The notes: generated by a model from the sequence alone, not told the origin. A DNA stretch of 64,000 nt from Amoebidium appalachense (GCA_963693365.1 CAVNZM010000016.1:2631957-2695956), one strand, 5' to 3'. Positions 44,440 to 58,355 are shown, counted from the stretch's first letter. A program made the numbers and translations.

Positions 44440-44692
44440 TGTGTGTGTGAGTCACGGTGCACGCGCTCGCGCCCGCACACACGCACAAGCCCGCGCGCAC
44501 ACACAAGCGTGTATGTAGGTGTGCACGGTGTGTGTGTCACGTGCACACGCGCAGACGTGGTTGCAGTCTGCGCATGTCACGGTAGCTGGGGGGCCAGCCG
44601 TGTACTGGGTGGGCGTGGGGTGGGGTGTGTGTGCAAGTGCCCCCATGTGTGAGTGTGTGAGTGTGTGTGTGCGTGCGTGTGGGTGGGTGGGT

Positions 44693-44741
<49 letters not shown>

Positions 44742-44768
44742 GCAGTGTGTGTGTGTGACAGTGTGTGC

Positions 44769-44888
<120 letters not shown>

Positions 44889-45317
44889 ATGCGTGGGTGG
44901 GTGGGTGGGGGGGGGGGGGGGGGGGGGGGGGGGACGCCCACAAAAGTCGAATCATGAAGTCTCGTCACTAAGTTTACAAATATTGGGGCTGAATTTCATA
45001 GTTCTTCTTGAATTCATGCCGACAAAAGAAAAAAACACAATCAGATGAATCGGGTCTCTCACTGTACACATGTGACCAAAACAAAGTCTACTGGATTGCG
45101 GATTAAATCTCACGCCTTTTAACATTCATGAGCAAATATTTGTTACGTTATCGACAGACCCTCCCCCCCTCTCCCCCGGACTCACTAACGCTACGGGGTT
45201 CAACAATCACTAGACTGTTAGTTCGCCATTCTAAGAGTAAAATGCAACAGTGACAGAGGTGAAGACAGCCACCGGATACAGTTGCATGGCAAGTCTAAGA
45301 CGAGGTTAGCTTTACAG

Positions 45318-45359
<42 letters not shown>

Positions 45360-45362
45360 TGT

Positions 45363-45394
<32 letters not shown>

Positions 45395-45401
45395 GTGTGC
45401 A

Positions 45402-45436
<35 letters not shown>

Positions 45437-45592
45437 TGTGGGGCTGTGTGTGTCTTGTGTGTGTCTTGTGTGTGTGTGTGCAGAGAGTGAGTTTCAATTC
45501 AAAACGTTTCAATTCCATATTTACACTTCTTCAATCCTGATCTATTACACTTAAGTAAAAATCCATTATCACATTACTCACTAAGCTGTTGT

Positions 45593-46051
45593 CTATCTAG
45601 AAAACCGAAGAATAGACAACTTTTCCCTTCCAGACTTCCGCGACTCAACGGTCACACACCCAAACCCCCTCTCAGTAAACCACCCAATCATTTCCTCCGG
45701 TTTGTTTTCCGGTAAAACCACCAGATACATACACCCATTTTCCGAAAGAATTTCCGGAACATGAGGCAAAAGCCTGTCTGTTACCTCGCGTCCATTCTCC
45801 CCCCCGGCCCAAGACGCGACAATATCCCTCGTCCCTACGTCTTCACTCGGAGTGACAACGTACGGAGGGTTAAACAATAACACGTCGACAAATTTAACCT
45901 TTTTTAGGCGCGATGCCGCCCCCGAGAGCAGATTGGTCACAATCGGTTCGATCCCGTGTGCGTTGTTTCTTTTTGCGGTCGCGGATGTGTATTGGGCGGC
46001 ACGAGAATTGATGTCGGTGGCTATGAGGTAGGGGACACCACCTGAAAGTTG

Positions 46052-46094
<43 letters not shown>

Positions 46095-46694
46095 GGTGAA
46101 AAAGGGGGAGTTGGGAAAGGGATTGGAGGGGAGGATAACAGGAAAGCCAAGCCGGGAAGGTGGGGAGGGGGGTTGGGGAGGAAGGAAGGGTGGGAGGATG
46201 GGGGGGGAGGGGTGTGTGTGTGTGTGTGTGTGTGTTGGGGGGAGGGGGGGGGGGGAGGGAGAAGAGGAAGGGGGTGTTAGAATGCCAACACGACCATGAA
46301 TCACAGCTACACGGAGAGAAACACAGTGCAGGATACGTGCCAAAGCAAACATGTAAGTATGCAACAAAAGCAGAGCCCATCCTTGGGGAGGGGAGAAGGG
46401 GGGGGAGGGGGGGGGAAGGGGGGGGGGGTTTAACAATGAGTTATGAGTGCGATGTATCCTAACACGACGGACATACCAATCAAAATTTTGCATGCACACA
46501 GTATCCGTTGGAATCAGAGCCCGCCCTCAGGGGGGCACAAGTCAGTGTGGGAAGGAGGGGGGGGGGGGAGAGGGGAGGGGGGATGTGCATTAGAGTACGA
46601 AGCACATACAAATGATGGACAACACGATGAGAAAATTGCAGGAAAGTGACACGCAGGAGTAAATGGTAGGGCGCAAACACGTGAGGGGACCTAG

Positions 46695-46742
<48 letters not shown>

Positions 46743-47098
46743 TGTACGCACGCGCGTTTGTGTGTGCCTGTGGGGTGTGTGGGTAGGAGGGAGGGGGGGA
46801 TTTGGGGACTGAAAAAAAACCAATGTCACTTCTATTGACATTCCCCCCCCCCCCCCCCCTCCCCCCCCCCCCGCCCGCCCCAGAACACACACACACCCCA
46901 TACCGACGACCTTCATTGACAACCCTTCCTACAGATGCACACATCCCAAGCTCTATTGACTTATATGCAGCAAATCATTCCTTTTCTCTTTCATTACATT
47001 CAAACACTCTCATTCTCATTAGTGACCAATCCCCCCGCCCCCCGCCCCCCCCCCCCCCCCCCCCCCTCTCCGGCAGCCTCCCTTTTGGCTTACGCCCC

Positions 47099-47140
<42 letters not shown>

Positions 47141-47413
47141 CCCTTCCCCTCTCTTTATTAATGATGATAATAATGAATTTCACACATGGGACACACATGC
47201 CACACAAACCCGGGGATGAACGACGAAAAAATAAAAAAATGACTATCATGAAGAGGACCGCCCTTTCGATTGCACCTAGAAAGTCCATACAACCCATTCC
47301 TCCTCGTCTCCCCCTCCCTCCCCTCCCCCCCCCCCCCCCCTCCCTCTCCCCCCCCCCCCCCCCCCCCCCCCCTTCACACACTACTCTTCCGTGGAAAAAG
47401 AGGGGAAGAAACG

Positions 47414-47468
<55 letters not shown>

Positions 47469-47960
47469 GTGTGTGTGTATCTTTTTTTTTTGTGGGGGGG
47501 GCGGTGGGGGGTGGGGGGGGGGGGGGGGGGAGAGAGGGGGAGGAGTCGAATGTGCCATGGAGTAAGAAGTACACAATCACAACGAACAACACAATAAGTG
47601 CAACTCAAACATAAACAGTATGCACAGCAAGCACAACCCATCCTCAGGGGGGGGCCTACATCATCCACAGTACCCGAGTTTCGACCCGAGGGGATGGGGG
47701 GGGGGGGGGGGGGGGGGGGGGGCTGCGGTGGTGGTGGTGGTGAGTGGGGGGGGGGGGGGGGGGGGCGTGTGTGTGGGGGGGGGAAGGGCGGGGGGAGGGG
47801 GAGGGAGGGGGGGGGGGGGGGGGGGGGGGGAGGGCATCCATACCTAGTAACGTGGATAGAAAGGTGCTCACACAGCCCGAGCCACTCCCAACCTCCATGC
47901 AAACCTGTGGGCTGATGGAGCGCAGATAGTCTATGTCTTTCTTCGTGTGTGTGTGTGCGC

Positions 47961-47991
<31 letters not shown>

Positions 47992-48045
47992 CGCGCGCGT
48001 GCGTATATGTATGTGTGTGTGTGTCTGTGTGTGTGTGCGTGCATA

Positions 48046-48079
<34 letters not shown>

Positions 48080-48648
48080 CGCGCGCGTGCGCGTGCATGC
48101 GTGCGTGCGTGCATGTGTGTGTGTGTGTGCGTGCGTGTGTATGTATGTGTTGCATGTGTTGCATCGGGATAAAGGTCAGGAGCAAGTGAAGCATGATGAA
48201 TTAAAAAAAGGTGAAATGGGGGGGTATAGGCGAGACCACATCCCAAACTGGCATGCAGCAAGGGGGGCAGGTGGGGGAGGGAGGGGTGGGGGGAAGGGGG
48301 GAAGGGGGGAGGGGAGGGAGAGGGGGGGGGGGGGGGGGGGGAGGGGGGGCGGAGCATTTGATGATGGAGTGGGTAGAATGTACCTTGGTGATCTTTAGCA
48401 TATAGAATGGGAAGAGGGACGGGCCGGGGGGAAAAGCGGGTGGGGAGCTGGTGGGAAGGGGTGGGAGGGGAGGGGGAGGGGGGAGCGGGCAGGGGCACAG
48501 GGTGGGGGCAGGGGAGAAAGGGTGTGGGGGTGTTGTTGGCAAAGAAGGGGGGGGGGGGGGAAGAGATAAAGAGAGGAGGGGGGTGGGGAGGAAAACGGGG
48601 AGGAGGAGGAGAGGAGACGGGTGGGGAGAGAAAGACAGGGGGGGGGGG

Positions 48649-48685
<37 letters not shown>

Positions 48686-49433
48686 TGTGTTGTGTGTGTG
48701 TGTGTGTGCGTGTGCGTGAGGGGGAAGGAGAGAGAGAGTGTGTTTGTGTGTGGGTGGGTGGGTGGGGAGGGGGGAGGGGGGGAGGGAGAGGGAAAGAGAG
48801 AGGGGGGGGGGGGGAGAGGGGGAGGAGAGAGAAACTGTGTGTGTGTGGGTGTGTTGGGAGTGGGGAGGGCGGGGCGGAGAAGGAGAGGGAGAGAGAGAGA
48901 GAGAGAGCGAGAGGGAGCGAGGGAGGGAAGGAGGGAGGGAAGGAGGGAGTGAGGGAGGGAAGGAGGGAGGGGGAGAGAGATAGAGAGAGGAGAGAGGAGA
49001 GAGAGAGAAGGAGAGAGAGGGGGGGGGGGGGGGGGGAAGAGACAGAGATAGAGAGAGAGGAAGACCGAGGAAGACAAAGGGTAGGGGAAAGGAGCTCACA
49101 TGGACAAAAAGAAGGGGTAGGCGGTTGAAGGAGATTGAGGCAGAATGGGTGAGGGAATGAGAAGGTGTGGTGGGGGAAGGTGGGGGGGGGGGGGGGGGGG
49201 GGCTGAGGGGTAGAGAGGAAGATGGGGAGGAATGACAACAGGCAAAAGAAAGCGAACCGACTAGCGGGAGAGATGCAGACCAACGAAGCACAAGAAAAAA
49301 AGAAATGTGTTAAAGAACATGTAAATAGACCTACCTCTAGTGCGTCAAGAAACAGAAACGTATCCTCCGCAGGCTCATAGACATGTTCATAGTCAGTGCT
49401 GGAAAGGTGGCTAAGATCCGGTGTGGGATGCAT
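45593..49433 (-). CDS. N6AMT1: HemK2/N6AMT1/Mtq2 eRF1 glutamine methyltransferase
   Basis: Exons 49433-49335, 47940-47844 and 46041-45593 (TAG). Motifs: [44 protein letters not shown]. Confidence 0.95.
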
Positions 49434-50510
49434 CGTGTGGGAGGGATCTAAGGTGTTGTATAAAAAGGGGTGGGAGGGAAGGGAAGGTAGACGAGACTGA
49501 AAATGGGGAGGGTAACGGAGAGGGGTGAAGGGCAGAGGTGGGGGTGTGCGCGCGTGTGTGCTTGCAATAAGGTGTGCGTCTGGTTTGGTGTCTGTGTGCT
49601 TCTCGTGTGTGTGTGTGCGTGTGTGCGTGCGTGTGTGTGTGCGCGCCCCGTGTCTGTGGGGTCCGGTGCAGAGGCGGGGGTGCGCGCGCGTGTGCCACTC
49701 GTGACGGTGTCTGAGACTCTACCGTTGAAGTCTGTGGGCCAGGGGATTAGCACGGAGAGACCTGATTGGACGAATATGATTCGATGAATGAAGGTGATTG
49801 GTTCATATGATCATGGTGACGTAAGCATTCGCCAAGAGTTCTCTTCTATTTGCACTGAGAAAGAGTGAACAAAGACACCGAAAGCATGTATACATACTGT
49901 GGAGGAAAAAAAATACAACTACTCACTATATACGCACATAAAAAAATATTGTAGAACGCGTTTGTGTGCAGGAGTACATATTCCATTGACGTAGAAAGCA
50001 AGCATTAGAACTTCTCAGTGGGGTCGTTGGGCGGATACAAAAAGCCATGATTTATCCAAGCGACATTTTTTATAAACAGCGATAAAACAGCCTTATAAGT
50101 CCTAGGATAGTTTATGTAGCCAATCACACTAACCATATATCTTCCCACAACGCCGCTTTTAGACCGAGCTTTTTGAGGCGGCTGCCACTGCTGCTGGGGC
50201 CCTGTGACTCTGTCTGTTTCAAAGTCAAAAACGGGAACGCCTTTTTAAAAAGATGAATGCGTGCGTTTTTCACTTTGCATTGTAGACTAAATAGGCCAAT
50301 GTTGAGGCACAGATACCAAGCTCATATCATTCGTGTTGAAAAACCATGCACGTTCGGTTTCCAAGCAATTTTTCACGAGATTGAGTTATTTATTGGTGAA
50401 ACACCGACCATCCAGGCGTTGTTAACCAAACCTCGCCTTTGTTTCAGTGATATTTGACAACAAACCGACAAAAACGGTCGCTTTCAGGACCGTGTTAGCA
50501 CACTCCGAAA
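49434..50510. promoter_or_regulatory. Divergent intergenic region between N6AMT1 and STX5
   Basis: The start codons are 1.08 kb apart and head-to-head. There are several CCAAT/ATTGG boxes and TGACGT motifs (about 49818 and 49987). Confidence 0.5.
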
Positions 50511-51344
50511 ATGTCAATCAAGGATAGGACGTCTGAGTTTCTGAACATTGTTCAGTCTCAGAAACAACGACGTAACATTGTAGTTCAGAAACATGCGCAG
50601 AATCCAGAAAGAGCACAGAGGTCTGAATTCAATAGGATGGCCAAGGCCATCCAAGGAGATATAAACAGCACCTTTACTAAGCTGGAGAAACTGACACTAC
50701 GTGAGTACACCCCCTTGAATGCCTGGCGTCTGCTGTATTTTTTCTTGGATCTTGTCGGGGGATAGGGTTTGTAATGGGGTTGTTTGTGTTGGTTTGTGCC
50801 TTGGTGTTTGTTCTTGTCTTAGATCTGACAGAGAAATTCGACTGGTGCTCAACATCCTGTTTGCTGAATCCAGTTCACGGTAGATCAAGAAACACACAAA
50901 AGTGCACACACGGCAACTACGTGGAAAGTACTTGCACGCATGCACGTGCACACAGACACACATGCACAGGCCTACACGTACATATCCCGGCTTGTTCGCC
51001 TAGTGGCGCTAAAATGCTGGGCTGGGTGCGACCATTTTTCTTCCTATGTGAGAGTTGGATTTTCTTGATAAGGACCGCCGTTGAGCCGTCTCCTACCTAC
51101 ACAGTTGATTCTATTTCTCTATTCTTTCCCCACTTTGATTTTTTAAGGGCCTTTTTCACCCTTGCTTTTTTTTTTTTTTAAAGACGTATTCTTGATCTAC
51201 TCTGCCACACACACAGATTACCTTCTATTATCTGGTCACCTTTCAGACACAAACACATAGACACAAACGCGGATACACACACACACCTGCGCACACCCGC
51301 ACACCCTCTCTCTGTGCAACCCCCCTTGGGTACTGTGGATAACT

Positions 51345-51386
<42 letters not shown>

Positions 51387-51740
51387 CCTTCCCCCCCTCC
51401 CCCCTCCCGGGGATTTCCCACTTTTTTGACGTTTTGTTGTTGCTCGTTGCTGTCTCCTCCATATTCCCAACCCTCTAACACATACATCCCCCCCCCCTTC
51501 CCCCCCCCCCCCCCCCCCCGGGGATAGGGGCTCTACTTATGATGCATCCTCTTTCAGTGTGCTTTGCTCAACCCTCATCGTGTTGTCTGTCATTTGGGTG
51601 TGATTCCCAACACGTTTTGAAACAACGATCCTTCCCCCCCCCCCTCCCTCCCCCACCCCCCAAAAAAAAGAAGAAGAAGAAGTAGTAGTAGTAGCGTTAG
51701 TCGTAGCCACATTCTAATCACATCCCGCCCCCTCCCCCCC

Positions 51741-51771
<31 letters not shown>

Positions 51772-52513
51772 ACACACGCACACAGACGGACAGACACACC
51801 GACTTGCCCACACCCACCCAACACACCCAGCCACCTTCCCCACACAAATACCCAACACTCCTCCCCCCCTCCCCCAAACCCACCCACCCACCCACCCCAA
51901 CCCCTCCCCTCCAACCCAAGCTCTGTCTCTTCCCCCCGTCCTTCACTCCCCCCTCCCCCCCCCCCCCCTCTTCCGCCTTTCCCCATAACCCAAGCCACCT
52001 CTTTTCCCCACCCCACAGCCGTACACACACCCGTACACACACACACACACACACACACAAACATCCCCCCCTCCCCTCCAACACACACACACACACATAC
52101 ACACACACACCCATCCCCGTCCCCCTCCCCCTCCTCCTCCCCCCCCCCCCCCCCCCCCCCCAAACACACACACCCACACACAGTGGCCAAGAAAAAAATC
52201 GCTCTTTGACGACCGACCAGTTGAGATCCAGGAGCTCACATACATCATTAAGCAAGACATTGCGGCCTTGAACCAGCAAATAGCGCGGTTGAGACAGTAC
52301 CAGCAGGCAAGGGGGGAGGTGGGGGAGGAAAACAGCAGCAGGAGGAGGCACACAGCACGAACGTGGTTTTTTCTCTTCAGAGCAGGTTGGCGACCATGTC
52401 GAATAGCTTCAAGGACACGTTGGAACTGCGGACAAAGGTAATGTGTGTGTGTAAGAGATGGGAGAGGAGATGGTGGGGGGAGACTGGGGGTGAGGGCACC
52501 CGGGAGGGTGGAT

Positions 52514-52548
<35 letters not shown>

Positions 52549-53154
52549 CGAGGTGAGATGGAAACTGTGTGCGCTCGTGTGTGTTTATGTTTGTACAGGG
52601 AGGGGGCTTGGGGCGGGGTGTGGCAGGGTTGGTGTGTGTGTGAGGGGAGGGGTGGGTGGGGGGAGGGGGGGGGGGGGAGTGGGGAGGGAGATGAGGGGGA
52701 GCATGGATGATGGATGTGTGTGTGTTTGGGAGTATGCCCGGCGGTGTGTGTGTGCTTTGGAGGGGGGAGGGCAGGGGTTTTGGGGGGGGGGGGGAGGGAG
52801 GGGGAGAGAGAGCGGTTGGCTCTGTTTGGAAAGCAACAAAGGGCTCTTATTGGTTCATTGTCACACCATTTGTGGATTCTGATTGGTCCATTGTCGCAAC
52901 AGAACCTGCAAGAGCAGCGGACACGACAGGCAGAGTTCTCGTCACGAAACAACTCGGCAGCAAGCCTCATCCAGCCAAGTACGTATGACCTATCCATGTA
53001 TCTCTCAAAAGCACAACTAGCTGCTGCCACCACAACCACCACCTCTTTCTGTTTTGTGTTTTTCGGTTCGGCTTTTTTATATCTCTTCACTGCTCTCATC
53101 CCTTCTTCCCCTCCCCCCTCCCCCCTTCCCTCCCCCCTCCACCACCACCACCAC

Positions 53155-53185
<31 letters not shown>

Positions 53186-53799
53186 ACAAACAAAAACACC
53201 ACCCACCTGCCCGCCCGTCCGACCGCCCGCCCGCCTTTTTCTTATTTGTGCTGGTGGCTGCATAACCTCCTGTGAACTCTTGCCGCGCGTACGTAAGCAC
53301 GTGCACACACGTGTGTCCGCACACACACACACACACACAGACAGGCACAAGCACACGGGCGCAGAGACAGACACTACGTGTATACACACACGCCCCCCAT
53401 ACACAACCGAATTCACGTGTACATGGGTACACACGCCCCCCACACACAATCGAATTCACGTGTACATGGGTACACACGCCCCCCACACACAACCGAATTC
53501 ACGTGTACATGGGTACACACGCCCCCCACACACAACCGAATTCACGTGTACATGGGTACACACGCCCCCCACACACAACCGAATTCACGTGTACATGGGT
53601 ACACACGCCCCCCCACACACAATCGAATTCACGTGTACATGGGTACACACGTCCCCCACACACAACCGAATTCACGTGTACATGGGTACACACGCCCCCC
53701 ACACACAACCGAATTCACGTGTACATGGGTACACACGCCCCCCACACACAACCGAATTCACGTGTACATGGGTACACACGCGTCCGCGCGCACACACAT

Positions 53800-53830
<31 letters not shown>

Positions 53831-54353
53831 CTCCGATTGGGAACCCCGAGCCAACGAACCCTTCTCCCCCCTTTCAGACATCTTACAATACTTTCCGTCC
53901 TTTGCCTTCTCACACCTGCCGTCCTCTCTCTCTCTCTCCCTACTCTCTCTCCTTCCCCCCCCCCCATTTCTTCCCTTCCTGCCTATTCCCCCCCGTGGAG
54001 GCATAGGAACCCCCCTGATGATGCGCTATGTTCAAGTGTCTTCTGCCTGCACACGTCTCGTGTTGTGATGTTCCTGTTGTTGCTTCTTGTTGTCTCCTCC
54101 ATATTTCCAACCCTCTAACGCATACATCCCCCCCTCCCCCCCCCCCCCCGTGCCTGCACGCTTAAATTGTTTGATTTTGGATTTCCCACCCTTGTGACGC
54201 TTTGTTGTTGCTCTTTGTTGTCTCCTCCATATTTCCAACCCTCTAACGCATACATCAAACCCCCCCCCCCCCCCCCCAACACGCACACACACCCTCATCA
54301 TCCCCCCCCCCCCCCTCCCCCTCTCCGTCCTGCCACCCCCCCTTCCCCCCTCA

Positions 54354-54386
<33 letters not shown>

Positions 54387-54811
54387 CCCCACTCTGCCAC
54401 CACTACCACCACCAACCCACCCACCCTTCCCATTCCATGTTCTTGTTCTGCTGTTCCATGTGTGCTTGTCCCCCCTCCAACCCCCTCCCTCCCCCCCCCC
54501 CCCCCCCCCCCCCCTCTCTCTTTCTCTCTCTCTCTCTCCCCCCGTCACCTTACATCATTGAATCTTTTCCTCTGCATGTGTTCTGCAAGAAAGAAAGAAG
54601 AATTCTGCGCCTTATTCTCACCGTGTAGTTGTACTTCGTACCGTGTTCCACATTCTAATCTCCCCCCTTGGGTCCTCCCTGAGGATGGGCTCTGCTTATG
54701 ACGCATACTGTGCACATGGCTGATGTTGCATACTTGAATGTTTGCCTTTGCATGTGTCCTGCACCATGCTTCTCGTCGTGTATGCGTACTTCGTACCGTT
54801 TTCCGCATTCA

Positions 54812-54845
<34 letters not shown>

Positions 54846-56539
54846 CCCCCCACCCACCCACCCACCCACTCTCCCCCTCTCTCTCCCCCCTCCCCCCTTC
54901 CAGCGGATAGCAAGTCCGCACTCGACCTTGTACACCACAATCAGACCTCTCTCTCTCTCTCTCTCTCCTTCTCCTCCCCCCCCTCCCCCCCCCTGAGGAT
55001 GGGCTCTGCTTATTATGCATACTCTTTATGTATGGCTTGCATTCTGCATCGTGTTATCCGTTTGTTCTTGTGTACTTCGTACTTTTTGACGCATTCAAAC
55101 CCCCCCCCCCCTTCTGACCCGGGGCCCCCCCGTCGTTTGCATTCTTGAATGCTGGCCTCTGCATGTGTCCTGCACCGTGTTTTTGCACCGTGGTTCTCGT
55201 CGTGTAGCTGTACCTGATACTCTTGTCCCACATTCTAACCCTTCTCTTCCCTTCCCCCCTCTCCCCCCCCCCCCCCCTCCCCCTCTTCACCCCTTTCCCC
55301 CCCCCCCCCCCCCCAAAAAAAAAAAAAAAAAAAAAAAACCCCTCCAGCGGACAGCACGTCAGCCCTGTATCGTGTAGACCACAGTCTCACTCAGCGACAC
55401 TCGACTGGCAACGGTAGCCCCCATGAGGCCATAGACATGGGCCCACCCGCAGACCCCCTGGCTTACCAGCAGATGCAGATTATGGAGCAGAATGTATGCG
55501 TCAAATTTCATTTTAGACGCCCCTCCTTACCTTCCCCCCCCCCCCCCCCCCCCCCCTGCCCCCCCTGCTCTCCCCTTTGCCGTGTTAATGATGGTGCAGT
55601 AATGTAAGAATGCAAGAAGTTTATCTGACCCCTCTGTGATCCCTAATTGATATCTTCATGGAGCTGAATGTATGTGTGAAGTTTCGATTTGTACCCCCCT
55701 TTTTGCCCCTCTTTTGATCACTAGTTCATGGTGTTGGATGTATGTGTGAAATTTGATTTGGATCCTCGCCCATCCTTTTGCTCGTGGAGCAGAATGTATG
55801 TTGAAATTTCATTTTGAACCCCTCCCCCCTTACCCCCCCCCCCCCGGCCGGGGCCAATTTGAGCAATTATTCATGGTGTAGAATTTATGTGTGAAAATTC
55901 AATGGGAAAATTGATTTGGACGCTTACCCCAACCCCTTAGTGATGGAGCTGAATGTTTGTCTTAAATGTTACTTTGAAACCCCCCCCCCCCCCCCTTTCC
56001 ACCACACCTCGTTTGTCGTGGTGTAGGATCTATGTGTGAAATTTGATTTGTACCCTTCCCTCCCTCCCCTTAATCTGTTAATGATGGAGCAGAATGCATG
56101 TGTGAAATTTAGATCTAAACCTCCCTTTGCCCCCCCCCCCCCTCCCCCCTTGATATCTAGTTCATGGTGCAGAATGTAAGCCTGAAGTTTTTCTTCAAAC
56201 CCTTCTAATCAATCCCACGATCAATGGGCGGAGTACATTTTTATTAGCTTTGGTGTAGACCCCCGTTGTCTTCTCCCCCCCCCCCCCCCCCCCTTCGCCC
56301 CCTCCCGACGCCACCCTCCCCCTCCCCTACTGTCCCCCAAATCCATCCTCAACCGCTGCTCTGTGTTGACCTTGTGCCCCCCTACTTCCTGATATGGTAG
56401 AGCGATCCTCGGCCCCCTTTCCTCCTTGACTGGATTACCTCACACACACACCGCGCGCGCGCACAAAAACACACATACACTTCCCTCCCCAGACTTCTCC
56501 GTGTCCATTTTCGGACGGGAGAGGGGGAGGGGAGAAGGG

Positions 56540-56585
<46 letters not shown>

Positions 56586-56977
56586 ATGGGGGGACGGGGG
56601 TAGGTGTGTGTGAACACAGACACACGGGCTCCACCGCTCCCCCCCCCCCCCCCCCCTCTCCCCCCCTCCCCCCTCTCCCTCCCCCCCCCTCCCCTCCCCT
56701 TCTCCCCTCACATTCCTCACGTCTCTCCATTGGCGCGTGGTACTTACGTGACCTTGCTCCAATCAGAACTCGTACATCCAGGACCGGTCTGCTGCGGTGG
56801 ACCAGATCAACAAAACCATAGCCGAGCTGGGCAGCATCTTCACACAGCTGGCTGGCATGGTGCACGAGCAGGGCCAGATGGTCCAGAGGTGCGTGTTATC
56901 TTTTTCAACTAATTTTGTTGTTTTTATTTTTATTTTTTTGAGGGGCAAGGGTGGGTGGGGGTGGTGTTTGCAGGGCG

Positions 56978-57058
<81 letters not shown>

Positions 57059-58355
57059 TGAAAGGGGAGGGTGGGTGAGGTGGGTGGGTGGGTGAGGTTG
57101 GGTGATATAGGAGAAGAGTGGGGTACATGGAGGGGGGGGGGGGGGGGGTGGCGTCTTTTTTAACCTCCTAGAAGATCGGATTTTACGCAGGAGGCTAGTT
57201 TCATTGGCAGCTCACTTTAACCATTGCCCCCCCTCCCCTCCCCCCCCCCCCTCCTCTCCAATCCCAAACCATTAAAGGGGTTTTCTTTTAGGGCGTTTTA
57301 TGGTCACCGCTTTTTGGTCCTTGAGTAGGGCTGTATGCTGTTTGGTGCGCACAAAGCCAATCATATTGCATATATATCTCGTTCGGGTCTGATCGGGACC
57401 CGGAGACCTAAACGAAACCCCCTTTACCCCATTCTTTCCATAAATCCTTTCATAATGGACGACAACGTGCTTGATGCCTAGTTCATTGGACCCACTTATA
57501 TAAATGTTCCATTTAAATCCGAAGTATTACCCGTTTTTTTCCTCTTCAACCCCTTTTAGGATCGACGACAACGTGCTTGATGCCTAGTTCATTGGACCCA
57601 CTTCTAGAAATGTTCCATTTTAATCCGAAATATTAACCGTTTTTTTCTCTTTAACCCCTTTTAGGATCGACGACAACGTGCTTGATGCCTAGTTCATTGG
57701 ACCCACTTCTAGAAATGTTCCATTTTAATCCGAAATATCAACCGTTATTTTTCCCTTTAACGCCTCCTAGGATCGACGACAACGTGCTTGATGCCTAGTT
57801 CATTGGACCCACTTATAGATATGTTCCATTTTAATCCGAAATATTAACCGTTTTTTTCCCCTTTAACCCCTTCTAATATCGACGACAACGTGCTTGATGC
57901 CTAGTTCATTGGCCCCACTTATAGAAATGTTCCACCGAAATACCAACACCCTATTTGTATCTCCCTTTAACCCCTTTTAGAATGGACAAGCTTGGTGCCT
58001 TGTTAGTTCATTTGACCCACTTATAAAAATGCTCCATTTTAATCCGAAATAATAACCGTTTTTTTCATTTACCCCCTCTAGGATCGCACGTCAACGTGCT
58101 TTATGTCAAGTTCATTGGACCGATTTATAAAAATGTTCCATTTTAATCATTTTTATCCGAAATATTAACCGTTTTTTCCCTTCAACCCCCTCTAGGATCG
58201 ACGACAATGTGCTTGATGCCGAGCTCAACATCGAGATGGCGCACTCTGAGCTGCTCAAGTACTTTGCAAGCGTCAGCAGCAACCGCTGGCTCATGATCAA
58301 GATATTCACCGTGCTGATGCTGTTCTTCATCTTCTTTGTCGTGTTTGTAGCATAA
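50511..58355 (+). CDS. STX5: Syntaxin-5 / Sed5 Golgi Qa-SNARE
   Basis: Exons 50511-50700, 52184-52437, 52903-52978, 55348-55493, 56767-56888 and 58196-58355 (TAA). Motifs: DRTSEF, AKKKSLFDDRPVEIQELTYIIKQDI, TIAELGSIFTQLA, RIDDNV, ELLKYF..VSSNRWL and a C-terminal TM helix. Exon 2 needs two homopolymer corrections (A7 at 52192-52198, G6 at 52311-52316). Confidence 0.95.
53377..53782. repeat. 43-bp minisatellite, 9 copies, in STX5 intron 3
   Basis: GAATTC occurs at 53409, 53452, 53495, 53538, 53581, 53625, 53668, 53711 and 53754. Unit: acacaaccgaattcacgtgtacatgggtacacacgccccccac. Confidence 0.97.
55480..56200 (+). repeat. Degenerate tandem array of the STX5 exon-4 end plus donor (about 9 extra copies)
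   Basis: atggagcagaat|gtatg...aaattt is echoed near 55590, 55658, 55728, 55784, 55873, 55943, 56018, 56084 and 56164. Confidence 0.85.
57420..58225 (+). repeat. Tandem array of about 105 bp made from the STX5 last acceptor plus exon start (7 decoys and the real copy)
   Basis: aacccct..tAG|gatcgacgacaacgtgcttgatgcc is repeated. Intact decoy exon starts are at 57560, 57665 and 57771, and the real one is at 58196. Confidence 0.95.

Noticed and set aside
53377-53782. CRISPR-like array or repeat protein ORFs
   Set aside because: Head-to-tail 43-bp units without spacers, lying inside an STX5 intron.
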